Part shown: in pieces, positions 20,607 through 29,573 of the stretch | Numbering within the stretch: position 1 is the first letter of the stretch | Layout: each line of letters starts with the position of its first letter | Source of the DNA: a virus | Lineage: Duplodnaviria > Caudoviricetes | Reading direction: 5' to 3' (one strand) | Length of the DNA: 64,000 bases | Virus record (IMG/VR): IMGVR_UViG_3300044633_001982 | Position numbers and translations under genes: made by a program | The notes under the pieces: generated by a model | Told to the model about the DNA's origin: nothing | The model's input: the letters and a program-made list of their open reading frames with translations, nothing else | Databases searched by the model: none

Positions 20607-21344
20607 TTATAAGATATTAGAAGTATTAAAAATTTTCTTTAAATGAGACATATCACTTAGATTTTGAATCTCGACATTTATTTTTTCGGCACTTTGTTTA
20701 ATTATTTCAAAATCGGTTAATATCTCATCAAGATGAGGATTAAAACTTGAGTAGTTGGTAAAGTCTGGTGAAACATACCCTAATGAGTAGTTTAACTCAA
20801 CTCCACAAATATATATTTTTTTACACCCAAGTAATATCGCTAAAGCCAACATGTGTACCGCAACTGTACTACCTGTACTATATATTTTTTCGTAATTTGT
20901 ATAATTTTTTAATAATTCTTGTATTGTTAAAAATTTTGGATTTAAATTATGACATTTATTTGGACAATTAGTACAAGTTTCTCCATTAAAATGTCTTTGG
21001 TCATATCTAAAGTAGTTCGTGTCTACATTTTCAACTATCCATTCCCAAGGGGTGGTGTCAACAGAATCGGCATGTACAACAGTAGTATTTGGAAATTTTT
21101 TAAAAGTTTCTACCATTGAATGTATAGTTTGGTGGGAATTTGCAAAAACCCAATAATTAGGGACTATTTTTGTCATAATGTTAATTTCATTACAACAAAT
21201 TTTAATGTAATCATTATTACTTTCTAAAATGTTTAAATAATTCCCCAAAGAAGGTCCTGTACCACAGATTATTGCCGTTTTACCAACTTCTTTATTAATT
21301 AATTTTGAAATATCTTGATTAGTCATTGTAGTATAATAATCCAT
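20607..21344 (-). CDS. Maf/DUF115- or GT42 (Cst)-like ulosonate transferase
   Basis: AIICGTGPSL, CCNE, STGSTVAVHMLALAILLGCKKIYICGVE; adjacent to the NeuA/NeuB cassette. Confidence 0.65.
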   Translation of the reverse strand: MDYYTTMTNQDISKLINKEVGKTAIICGTGPSLGNYLNILESNNDYIKICCNEINIMTKIVPNYWVFANSHQTIHSMVETFKKFPNTTVVHADSVDTTPWEWIVENVDTNYFRYDQRHFNGETCTNCPNKCHNLNPKFLTIQELLKNYTNYEKIYSTGSTVAVHMLALAILLGCKKIYICGVELNYSLGYVSPDFTNYSSFNPHLDEILTDFEIIKQSAEKINVEIQNLSDMSHLKKIFNTSNIL

Positions 21345-22149
21345 TATTAAATTTTACATTTATTTTTTTCCACTCATTTTCATACACATTATTAAATTCT
21401 TTTTCACCTCTTGGGCCAAACCAAATATTAGGGACAAAAACTTTGTTATCTTTATTTTGGTTTAAAAAAGACCCCCACCAAGAAAAAGATGAGTTTGACA
21501 TTATATTATTTTTACAAAGACTAATCATCCATAGGTCTTCATAATCGTCATTATCTTCAACAAATATAACTTTATCAGATTTAATATTATTTTTTACCCA
21601 AGTAAAATCATCTGAAAAAATAAAAAATGTTTCAGTTTCAGGTAAAAGACTCATACAGTGTTTAATATATGAAATATCTATAACTGGTAGTATATCAGAT
21701 ATTGTTAGATAATCACCTCTTCTAATATGAATTGATGTCGTATTATTAGATAATAATTGAGGGTATTTTTTAAATATTTTTTCTTTAAATTCTTCAGAAG
21801 GTAAGAATAAATCAATTATTTCTTTGTCATACCCTAAAAAATTTTTACTACTTTGAAAATACCCATTAAACCCAACTGACTCGTCCCAATTAAAATTCAA
21901 GTTAGGTTCATTCCAACTATACTCACTAACTATTTTTTTAACATTTATATTATTAACAAAATTAATTTTTTTAAAAATATTATTAATATAATGTGTGGGT
22001 TGTTTTGCTTTACCCATTGGGGTGTATGCTTGTGGTAAAAAAACCGATGGTATTTTATTTTTTAACCCCTGAGAATACGAATGTGCAATTTGAAACATTT
22101 GGTTACCTAAACCTCCTTGTAACAATGCGGTAGATATTATATTATCCAT
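21319..22149 (-). CDS. GT11 alpha-1,2-fucosyl/colitosyltransferase
   Basis: GGLGNQMFQ, SIHIRRGDY, IFSDD, SNSSFSWWGSFL. Confidence 0.93.
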   Translation of the reverse strand: MDNIISTALLQGGLGNQMFQIAHSYSQGLKNKIPSVFLPQAYTPMGKAKQPTHYINNIFKKINFVNNINVKKIVSEYSWNEPNLNFNWDESVGFNGYFQSSKNFLGYDKEIIDLFLPSEEFKEKIFKKYPQLLSNNTTSIHIRRGDYLTISDILPVIDISYIKHCMSLLPETETFFIFSDDFTWVKNNIKSDKVIFVEDNDDYEDLWMISLCKNNIMSNSSFSWWGSFLNQNKDNKVFVPNIWFGPRGEKEFNNVYENEWKKINVKFNNGLLYYND

Positions 22150-22957
22150 TAGTTTTTAATTTATTATAAATTATTGAGTCAGGTAAAATGTAAGATTTAG
22201 ATTTTTCGTAATTTTCAATTACAAAAGGTAACATTTTTTCATATAAATCTTTATTACAACTTGTTAAAATATCTTCTATTTCTTCTATTTTGTCAAAACA
22301 AATCATTCCTTTAGTGTTAAAAAAATCACCAATCGATGGACACCCCCAATAAATCGGGATAGTCCCAGTTGTAAAACAGTCTATTAATTTTTCAGTAAAC
22401 CAGTAATCTCTTTTACAGTTTTCAATTACTATTGAAAATCTATAATCTTTTAAACCTTCTATTTTTCTATCAATTGGTGAATAACCTCTACCATAAACAT
22501 CCATTTTATCTTTATATCTATCTATAACCAAATGACGTAATTGATGTCCGTCAGTTTGTCTTTTATTTGAAGATATAATTGATATGTCTTTTGATTTTTT
22601 ATAAACTTTTTGTTGTTCAGGGTCAATCCAACAACATCCAAAAGGTACTAATTCAAAATTCTTATTTAAATCAAGTAATGATTTTTCATGTGTAAAAACT
22701 TTATTAAAATTTTGGTGATTATTTAAAATATAGTTGTAGGTATTTGAGTTAATACACATTGGTTCAATTAACCAAGCATAGTTTTTTTCATAATTATCTA
22801 TTTTTTCATGTCCTAACATGAAATCTGTATATACACATGGAATACTTGAGTCTAAATTTGACCTATCCCAAAAAAACCTATTGTCTTTTTGAAAATCGCT
22901 ACAATAACCCAATACGCTATGTGAAAAAGTAATATCTTTTAAATTTATTTTATCCAT
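22142..22957 (-). CDS. GT10-like alpha-1,3/4-fucosyltransferase
   Basis: YRFSIVIEN...YWFTEKLIDCFTTGTIPIYWG. Confidence 0.8.
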   Translation of the reverse strand: MDKINLKDITFSHSVLGYCSDFQKDNRFFWDRSNLDSSIPCVYTDFMLGHEKIDNYEKNYAWLIEPMCINSNTYNYILNNHQNFNKVFTHEKSLLDLNKNFELVPFGCCWIDPEQQKVYKKSKDISIISSNKRQTDGHQLRHLVIDRYKDKMDVYGRGYSPIDRKIEGLKDYRFSIVIENCKRDYWFTEKLIDCFTTGTIPIYWGCPSIGDFFNTKGMICFDKIEEIEDILTSCNKDLYEKMLPFVIENYEKSKSYILPDSIIYNKLKTNG

Positions 22958-22959
22958 AA

Positions 22960-23607
22960 TTATTTTTTTAACAAATAGTCATAATTTACAATGTGTTCTT
23001 GTATGTCAGAATAATCTTGAATTTGCCAAGTTAAATGAGGTCTAATACAATAACAATTTAATTTTGGTTGTAATAAAGATAAATAAAAATCGGCAGCTAC
23101 TGATGGTTTAAAAGATACTTTTTTATCTAATACCTTATTAACTTTATCTTCTAAAAAATCTATAATTGTGTCGTATGATTTTGAATTAACTGCATACATT
23201 TGTAATGCATAAGTGTGAGACAATTTAAAAATGTTTTCGGAAATTTGTTTAATTGGACCTTGGTGGTTTCCACCAAAATATATAAGGTCCCAATCTTCAG
23301 GAATCTGAGGAATAATTGATTCAAATTTTTCAGAAATATTTGAATCAAATTCAACGTCATCTTCGTATATTAAAACGTTCTTTAAATTTAACTCTTTCGC
23401 CATTTTAATCACATTTAAATGAGATATGGTACCCCCTAATTCAGATGAATGAGGATATGGTAATGTTAAAGTTTTACCATCAAATGCGGAATACCTTTCA
23501 GCAACAATTCCAAAATCATTAAATTTTTTAGTAATAGTCGTCCATCTGTCTTGTCTTCTGTCTAAATTTATACAAAAGGATTTGGAAAAAAAATTGTTTA
23601 AAATCAT
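22960..23607 (-). CDS. GT25-family glycosyltransferase
   Basis: CINLDRRQDRW, SHLNV, LIYEDDV. Confidence 0.85.
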   Translation of the reverse strand: MILNNFFSKSFCINLDRRQDRWTTITKKFNDFGIVAERYSAFDGKTLTLPYPHSSELGGTISHLNVIKMAKELNLKNVLIYEDDVEFDSNISEKFESIIPQIPEDWDLIYFGGNHQGPIKQISENIFKLSHTYALQMYAVNSKSYDTIIDFLEDKVNKVLDKKVSFKPSVAADFYLSLLQPKLNCYCIRPHLTWQIQDYSDIQEHIVNYDYLLKK

Positions 23608-25241
23608 AAATTAATTATGTCTATATAATTTTGTTTTATTTTTTTAGTAACATTTAATGAATCAAATCTTTCCACATCTAAAGGTGGCTCATGTAATTTT
23701 TTATCGATTATGTTACCTAAATTATCAATGTTGTATATCCAACCACTTTTACCGCACATCCAACCTTCAATTGTAGTTCTACCTAATAAAATACCAGCAG
23801 TTTCGGAACAATCTTTAACATATTTTTGTACATCAATCGTACTGTCAAAATATTTTACATGAGACTCATTTAAAATTGAATTTAAATAGTTTGATTGATT
23901 TTTACCTACAATATATAATGTTTTATTATTTTCTTTAGTGGTTTTAATTAAATCAAAAATGGTTTGTTTTCGTATCTCGTCAATTGTCCCAACAAATAAA
24001 GTGTAACCTAAATCTTTTGTATTTTTAATATTAAATTTTTCAGAATTAATTGGGTTGTAAATAACTTCAACAAGGTTTTCGGGTACGTTAAAATTTTTAA
24101 CAATACACTCTTTAATCTCAGGTCGAATTGCTATGTATTTTTTAACACTCTCATTAATTATTGGATTTTCTAAAGAAATGACTTCAGAATGTATAGTATA
24201 TATTTTTTTAATATCGGGATATAAATTATTTAACGTATTTACAACAGGTTGGTGTTGGTAATGAATAATATCAAACGTTTCATTTGAGATTCTATAATAT
24301 TTGTTTTTTTCAGTTGTTATTATCCCATTTGGTGTAGACATCCTCCAAATTCCGTCCCCCATTTTAAACCCTGGAGGTTCTGTAATATTATAAACTTTAA
24401 TCCCTTCTTTTTTAGCAATTTCAGATAATCTACCGACAGTTTCATAAGCAACAATAGAAACATCTACATTCATTTTTAGTAAATTTTTGGATAGTTCGTA
24501 AACGTACATTTCAGAACCTGTAAATTCTCTAAAAAATAAACAACCAATTAAAACTTTTAATTTGTCATTTTCGGTTACTTTTATTTTTGAAGGTAAGTTG
24601 TTTTTATACTTTTCAGAAAAAATTTTCCTATTTTCTTCCCATTTTTCATTTGTCATTCCTATTGACTTATGGGTGATTCTAATATTTGTAATTACTCCAA
24701 TCTTACACCCACTTAAATAATTTTTAAAACAAAAATTGACATCATAAAAATGGAATCCATCAACTGATTCATCAAAAGAGTCTTTAATTTTTTGTTTATT
24801 TAAACACATAAACAAACCGTCAACAAGTACAACTTCTTTAACATTGTTTTGTAAAGAATCCGAATACCTTGATTCCCATTTTTTACCATCATGTTCATGA
24901 TTCACAATACCAAACATTTTAGACCTATCTTCCCACCACATACCACTAATAGGTAAACTTGTTGTTCCTGCAACTCCTAAAATTGAAAACTCATTATTTC
25001 TATCAAAAACTTTTTTAAGTTTTTCCCCCCAATTTTTTGTATCAAAATAAATGTCATCATGACACAATACTACAATATCATTAGTTGACTCAGATAATAT
25101 TTCGTTATAAACAACTGAAAGATTTTTTTCACCATTGTTAACTTTTTCAATAATCTGTATTTTTGGGTTACCACATGATTTTTTTAAATATTCCTGAAAT
25201 TCAGGATTTGATTTTCTTGTACTATATCCAATTGTTATCAT
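23604..25241 (-). CDS. Two-domain glycosyltransferase (GT-A N-terminus plus GT-B/GT4-like C-terminus)
   Basis: VYNEIL...VLCHDDIYF...VDGLFM...FHFYDV in the N-terminal half; FTGSEMYVYEL...YNPIN...GRTTIEG in the C-terminal half. Confidence 0.8.
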   Translation of the reverse strand: MITIGYSTRKSNPEFQEYLKKSCGNPKIQIIEKVNNGEKNLSVVYNEILSESTNDIVVLCHDDIYFDTKNWGEKLKKVFDRNNEFSILGVAGTTSLPISGMWWEDRSKMFGIVNHEHDGKKWESRYSDSLQNNVKEVVLVDGLFMCLNKQKIKDSFDESVDGFHFYDVNFCFKNYLSGCKIGVITNIRITHKSIGMTNEKWEENRKIFSEKYKNNLPSKIKVTENDKLKVLIGCLFFREFTGSEMYVYELSKNLLKMNVDVSIVAYETVGRLSEIAKKEGIKVYNITEPPGFKMGDGIWRMSTPNGIITTEKNKYYRISNETFDIIHYQHQPVVNTLNNLYPDIKKIYTIHSEVISLENPIINESVKKYIAIRPEIKECIVKNFNVPENLVEVIYNPINSEKFNIKNTKDLGYTLFVGTIDEIRKQTIFDLIKTTKENNKTLYIVGKNQSNYLNSILNESHVKYFDSTIDVQKYVKDCSETAGILLGRTTIEGWMCGKSGWIYNIDNLGNIIDKKLHEPPLDVERFDSLNVTKKIKQNYIDIINL

Positions 25242-25837
25242 ATTCCTGTACTTCCAAATCCGTTTTCACCACGGTCTTTATTTTCAACTTTACTTACTTT
25301 AACCAAATTAACATTTCTACCGGGATAACATTTGGATAAAACCGCTTGAGCAATTTTCATACCTTTAGTAATTTTAAATGATTCTTTATTTGTATTAAAC
25401 ACTATTACTTGTACCTCACCAGTGTACCCCTCATCAACAGTACCTGGACTATTAAGAACCATTAACCCTTGTTTAAGAGCTAATCCACTTTTTGACCTAA
25501 CCTGAATTTCAAAACCTTCAGGTATCTCAAATCTAATGCCCGTAGGTATTAAAGCTCTTCCAAAAGCTTCAATTGAAATTTCCTCTGTTGAGTATAAATC
25601 AAACCCACTGTCGGATACGTAATTATACTTTAAATCTAAATCAGTTTCCGATGAATAAGGTAAGTCAAGTTTTTTCATAGACTCTATCATTTTGTCTTCA
25701 AAGTCTTTTAAATCAATACCATAATCATCCGAAATTTGTTTATATAAATTCAAATTAGATTCTTTATCTAAAGATTCTTGAATTTTTTTCATTTCCTCAT
25801 ATAAATCAAAATCCTCGTCGTTAATATCTAAATTCAT
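25238..25837 (-). CDS. dut: dUTPase with acidic N-terminal extension
   Basis: DSGFDL, IPTG, QVRSKSGLA, PGTVDEGYTGE, KIAQ, RGENGFGSTG. Confidence 0.96.
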   Translation of the reverse strand: MNLDINDEDFDLYEEMKKIQESLDKESNLNLYKQISDDYGIDLKDFEDKMIESMKKLDLPYSSETDLDLKYNYVSDSGFDLYSTEEISIEAFGRALIPTGIRFEIPEGFEIQVRSKSGLALKQGLMVLNSPGTVDEGYTGEVQVIVFNTNKESFKITKGMKIAQAVLSKCYPGRNVNLVKVSKVENKDRGENGFGSTGI

Positions 25838-26535
25838 TTTAAATTTTTAATTTTTTTAACAACATTTATTAAAACCTCAACGTCTTTTTCACAGTAATCT
25901 TGTATCTCTTGGTATTTGTTTTCATTCCAAAAATAATAGTGTACTTTATTACCCGTAACTTCCATATTTTTAGATGATTCAATTCCTAAAGATATACACA
26001 TCAATTCTAAAGAACTGATTGCTCCAAATTGACCAAATTGCCAAATATCTTTAGTGTCAACCGCTTTAACTTCCCAAGGTTTTGTGTCGGGAGTTGGTAA
26101 AATTGATGATGGTAATATACCATTAATTATCATTCTTTTTCCTAACACAGGAATATCAAAATTCTTAATATTATGTCCACAAAGCACAAACCCTAATTTA
26201 TCAACACGATTTAATAGTGTGTTGACATCTTTTAATAATTGAGTTTCATCTGAATTAAAAAAAGTTTGTTTTTTAACTGTATTATCAGGTCCAATAAACC
26301 CTACTGAGACACAAATTATTTTACAAAATTCAGGTACTAAAGCGGCTCGGTTAACAAATATATCTTCTTTTGATTTATCTGAATCTTCAGTAAATCTTTT
26401 TTGAAACCAATCTAAATAATTATCAAATTGATAACAAAGAGACGGGTAGTCTCTTTTGAAAGTATCGTAATTACTTGAAACCCCAACAGTCTCAATATCT
26501 ATAAATAATAGTTTGTTTAATGGGTACTGTATCAT
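25834..26535 (-). CDS. Stand-alone PolB-like 3'-5' exonuclease (DEDD)
   Basis: FIDIETV, GHNIKNFDIP, YCEKDV. Confidence 0.85.
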   Translation of the reverse strand: MIQYPLNKLLFIDIETVGVSSNYDTFKRDYPSLCYQFDNYLDWFQKRFTEDSDKSKEDIFVNRAALVPEFCKIICVSVGFIGPDNTVKKQTFFNSDETQLLKDVNTLLNRVDKLGFVLCGHNIKNFDIPVLGKRMIINGILPSSILPTPDTKPWEVKAVDTKDIWQFGQFGAISSLELMCISLGIESSKNMEVTGNKVHYYFWNENKYQEIQDYCEKDVEVLINVVKKIKNLK

Positions 26536-26538
26536 AAA

Positions 26539-27756
26539 TTATTTTAATAAACTGAAATAAAGTTCTTTTCTATCTTTGGTTACGTTATTTAAATCGTATT
26601 TTTTTGAGACTGTTTCATACAATCTTTCACCTAAATCAACAATCATATTTGGATTATTGACTAATTTTTTAATGTTTTTTGACCAATCGGAGTGATTACG
26701 AGTTTCCTCAATTAATAAAGCGTTTCCGTCAACAAACTCACCATGATTAAGAGCGTGTTTTAAATCAACAGTGTAAGGTCCAACATTAGATGCAATTAAC
26801 GCTCTTTTGTAAAACCCCGCTTCAATAACTTTTAACTGTGATTTAACTTTATTAAAAATATGGTTTTTAATTGGGGCTAATGATATATCAAATTTTGAAT
26901 AATTTTTGGCGTAAGATGTTGTAGGTAATGTCCAAACTCTTCGGTACCCTTCATTTAATTCATTAAAGTAAGGTTCATCTTTAAATTTCATTAAATGTGA
27001 TTTATACTCAGGACTAATAATTTTATAATTATTTGTGAATATTTCTTCGTACTTTACCCATACTGTTTCTTCAGGTTTAATTGGTCGAACTTTCTTTTCA
27101 CCAGTCTCTTTGTTATACTCAGTCATTGACCCTCTAGTGTCAAATCCACATAAAACATATTGTAGTTTATCATTTAAAGAACCTAACTTATTTATCATCC
27201 CATCAAGTAAATTAAGGTCATGTAAATGTGAAGAACCCCCTAACCACCCAACTCTAATTCTGTCAGACTCAATTGATGGTTCCTTAAATTGAGGTTCATT
27301 AGGGTCAATTGCATTTGGTAATACTGACACATTTTTATTTATTTTAGACACCTCGTGTGCAAATATTGGGGTTGTAGTAGTGACATGTGACGCCACCTTT
27401 ATTTGTGCAATAATTCTCTCATTTATTTTTTCTTCAACAATGATTGAATGTAATGGATGTTCTTTGGTAGGTAACCAATAGTCATCTATGTCACAAATTG
27501 TAACCACCCCATCAGAATTTAGTTTATTAATTAATTCTAATGATTTATCATAATCAGTTCCTATTAATCTGTGAAAATGAACAATATCGTATTTTTTCCA
27601 AAATCTATCGTCATTGTAATCCACATCAAATTCAATGTCAACGTGTACTTCGTTTGGATATAATTTTTGTAAACATACGTGTGGGTCAACCGACCTAAAT
27701 TTACCAACACCACTTCTATCTGAAGGTAAAACTAAAATATTAATTTTTTTACTCAT
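26539..27756 (-). CDS. Glycosyltransferase, GT-B (GT4-like)
   Basis: DIDDYW, IGWLGGSSH-like RVGWLGGSSH, DISLAP, KSQLKVIEAG, ASNVGPY. Start reassigned to MSKK at 27756. Confidence 0.8.
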   Translation of the reverse strand: MSKKINILVLPSDRSGVGKFRSVDPHVCLQKLYPNEVHVDIEFDVDYNDDRFWKKYDIVHFHRLIGTDYDKSLELINKLNSDGVVTICDIDDYWLPTKEHPLHSIIVEEKINERIIAQIKVASHVTTTTPIFAHEVSKINKNVSVLPNAIDPNEPQFKEPSIESDRIRVGWLGGSSHLHDLNLLDGMINKLGSLNDKLQYVLCGFDTRGSMTEYNKETGEKKVRPIKPEETVWVKYEEIFTNNYKIISPEYKSHLMKFKDEPYFNELNEGYRRVWTLPTTSYAKNYSKFDISLAPIKNHIFNKVKSQLKVIEAGFYKRALIASNVGPYTVDLKHALNHGEFVDGNALLIEETRNHSDWSKNIKKLVNNPNMIVDLGERLYETVSKKYDLNNVTKDRKELYFSLLK

Positions 27757-27763
27757 AGAAATA

Positions 27764-27792
27764 ATTATAGTACTTAATCTACAATATTTCAA
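27764..27792 (-). promoter_or_regulatory. Sigma70-type promoter TTGAAA-N17-TATAAT
   Basis: Near-consensus -35 and perfect -10 with 17-nt spacing, just downstream of a terminator and 7 nt before the ATG at 27756. Confidence 0.75.
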
Positions 27793-27803
27793 CACATATG
27801 AAT

Positions 27804-27826
27804 AAAAAACCCCCTAAGTGGGGGTT
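27804..27826 (-). terminator. Rho-independent terminator
   Basis: AACCCCC-TAAGT-GGGGGTT hairpin with a T-tract on the minus strand, right after the stop of 27830..28408. Confidence 0.8.
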
Positions 27827-27829
27827 CAT

Positions 27830-28408
27830 TTATTTTAATTTTTTTATTTTAGTTATTTTACCTTCAAAAATGTGGTCGCCAACTTTAATTTGGACTACTT
27901 GTTGTGACTTTTGTTCTGATTCGTGTATTATTCCTTTTTCTGTCAAAACTTCGGTAACTACTTCTTTAAGCATTTTTCGTAAATCAGAATTGTTTGAAGT
28001 TTGAGGAACTGTGGATTTTTTGTTAGTAGATGTCTCAACAATAGACTCTTTATTTTGATTCATTAATCTGGCAGCTCTTTCAATAATGTCGTCTGAAATT
28101 GTAGGTGATGATGGTTGTGGTGATTGTATTGGGTGTTCAATCATTAATTGTTTAATTGCGTCAGGTAATTTAGAACTTAAAATTCTATCTTTTGTATTTG
28201 TAAATTGTTTTGATTGTACGGGTTTAGACTCAGTCATAAATTCCTGTGGAATATTATAACTAGCCTGGGGAATATTAAAATCTTGAATTTCAGGACTACT
28301 ATTAAAATTTGATTCTGAAATATTTCTAACATCTCCTCTTTTGATGTTATCACTTTTATCCATGATTTTTTTTGAAATCATGAGTTTTTGTATTAAATCT
28401 TCTGTCAT
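27830..28408 (-). CDS. Hypothetical protein
   Basis: 192-aa ORF followed by a terminator. Confidence 0.7.
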   Translation of the reverse strand: MTEDLIQKLMISKKIMDKSDNIKRGDVRNISESNFNSSPEIQDFNIPQASYNIPQEFMTESKPVQSKQFTNTKDRILSSKLPDAIKQLMIEHPIQSPQPSSPTISDDIIERAARLMNQNKESIVETSTNKKSTVPQTSNNSDLRKMLKEVVTEVLTEKGIIHESEQKSQQVVQIKVGDHIFEGKITKIKKLK

Positions 28409-28418
28409 ATTCTTTATA

Positions 28419-28802
28419 TTAAATAAACTTTGCTAAAATGTCAATTGATATCATTCTTTTGTCTCCATTTGGATTAAAACCTGGTCTGACTTCAGAAAAC
28501 TCGATATCTGTTGGAGTCACACTTAAAATGTCTCTAACTTTAAAATATCTCCATCCTGGCATAGGACGTTGTCTTAAATATCCTCTATGAGACGCTCCTT
28601 CTCTTTCCCACGCACACAATACTTGATTACCTTTTTTATTAACTCCTAAGCACACTGGCTCAATAACACGAATACCTTTACCTCCGGGTTCATCACCATT
28701 ATATGTTATATAAATAACTTTGCGTTGGGATATGGCATCTCGTATATCACGAAAAGTAACAGTCTCAACCAATAGTGATTTTAATGAGTTTATTAATTTC
28801 AT
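28419..28802 (-). CDS. Stand-alone WYL-domain-like protein
   Basis: VIYITY...IRVIEPVCLG...VLCAW...GWRYFKVRDI matches the WYL Sm-fold pattern (R.iEP..l; wR.F+l.rI). Confidence 0.6.
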   Translation of the reverse strand: MKLINSLKSLLVETVTFRDIRDAISQRKVIYITYNGDEPGGKGIRVIEPVCLGVNKKGNQVLCAWEREGASHRGYLRQRPMPGWRYFKVRDILSVTPTDIEFSEVRPGFNPNGDKRMISIDILAKFI

Positions 28803-29104
28803 TATACTGATGGGGTAGTGTAAGGTACTTGAGCTTTATAGTAATTAATTGCAACTTCTGACGCTCTTTCTTGTACGTCTCTATTGTTACCTGCAACAAA
28901 ATCATAAGCGTTTAATAAACCATCGTTTCCTGTACCCTTACCTTGAGCATCGCCAGTTGCTAATGCGTCAGGATTTGTTGCACTGTATTGATTCGTTTGA
29001 AAATAATCATTAGTTGGAATTAATGTTCCTCTTTGTTGAACACCAATTTGACCTAGTTGGTTTAATTGTTGTTGCTCAAAATTAATTGGAATGTAACTTG
29101 GCAT
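28802..29104 (-). CDS. Hypothetical protein
   Basis: 100-aa ORF overlapping the next start by 1 nt. Confidence 0.65.
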   Translation of the reverse strand: MPSYIPINFEQQQLNQLGQIGVQQRGTLIPTNDYFQTNQYSATNPDALATGDAQGKGTGNDGLLNAYDFVAGNNRDVQERASEVAINYYKAQVPYTTPSV

Positions 29105-29108
29105 AATT

Positions 29109-29573
29109 TTAAATTATTATTTTTATTATTTCGTTTATTCTTTCTATATCTTCAAATATAGAAGATGCGTGTCTAAAGCTTGTTTTTTTGTGACTCAAAG
29201 ATGGTCTAACACCATTCAATGGGTTTTTAGTATGAGTTTTTATAAAAGAATTTGACAAACCTGAATCCATTCTATGTTTTTTAGAAGTTTTAAGTGTTTG
29301 TCTATCTTGGTTTAATAACATATTAACCCAATTTTTCATCCTATCTCCACCCATTAATTCATATCTTTCTTTACTTAAATTTCCACTTTCAAATTTGTTT
29401 TTATAATTTTTTAAAAGTTGATATGATATTTTTTTATTATCTCTTAAATTTATATTTTTTTTATAACCTGAAGTATTATAAAACCTAGTACTATGTTCAT
29501 CAAACCCTTTTTGTAAAGATTCAATAACATCACTTGGGATATCGTACTCTTTATTATATAAATCTTTATTCAT
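29109..29573 (-). CDS. Hypothetical basic protein
   Basis: 154-aa ORF in the operon. Confidence 0.65.
   Translation of the reverse strand: MNKDLYNKEYDIPSDVIESLQKGFDEHSTRFYNTSGYKKNINLRDNKKISYQLLKNYKNKFESGNLSKERYELMGGDRMKNWVNMLLNQDRQTLKTSKKHRMDSGLSNSFIKTHTKNPLNGVRPSLSHKKTSFRHASSIFEDIERINEIIKIII

Noticed and set aside
5982-27756. Bacterial O-antigen or capsule locus on a chromosome
   Set aside because: No wzx, wzy, wzz, ABC exporter or initiating phosphoglycosyl transferase. The flanks are phage genes (gp55-like sigma, spike, tail module) and there are no cellular housekeeping genes.
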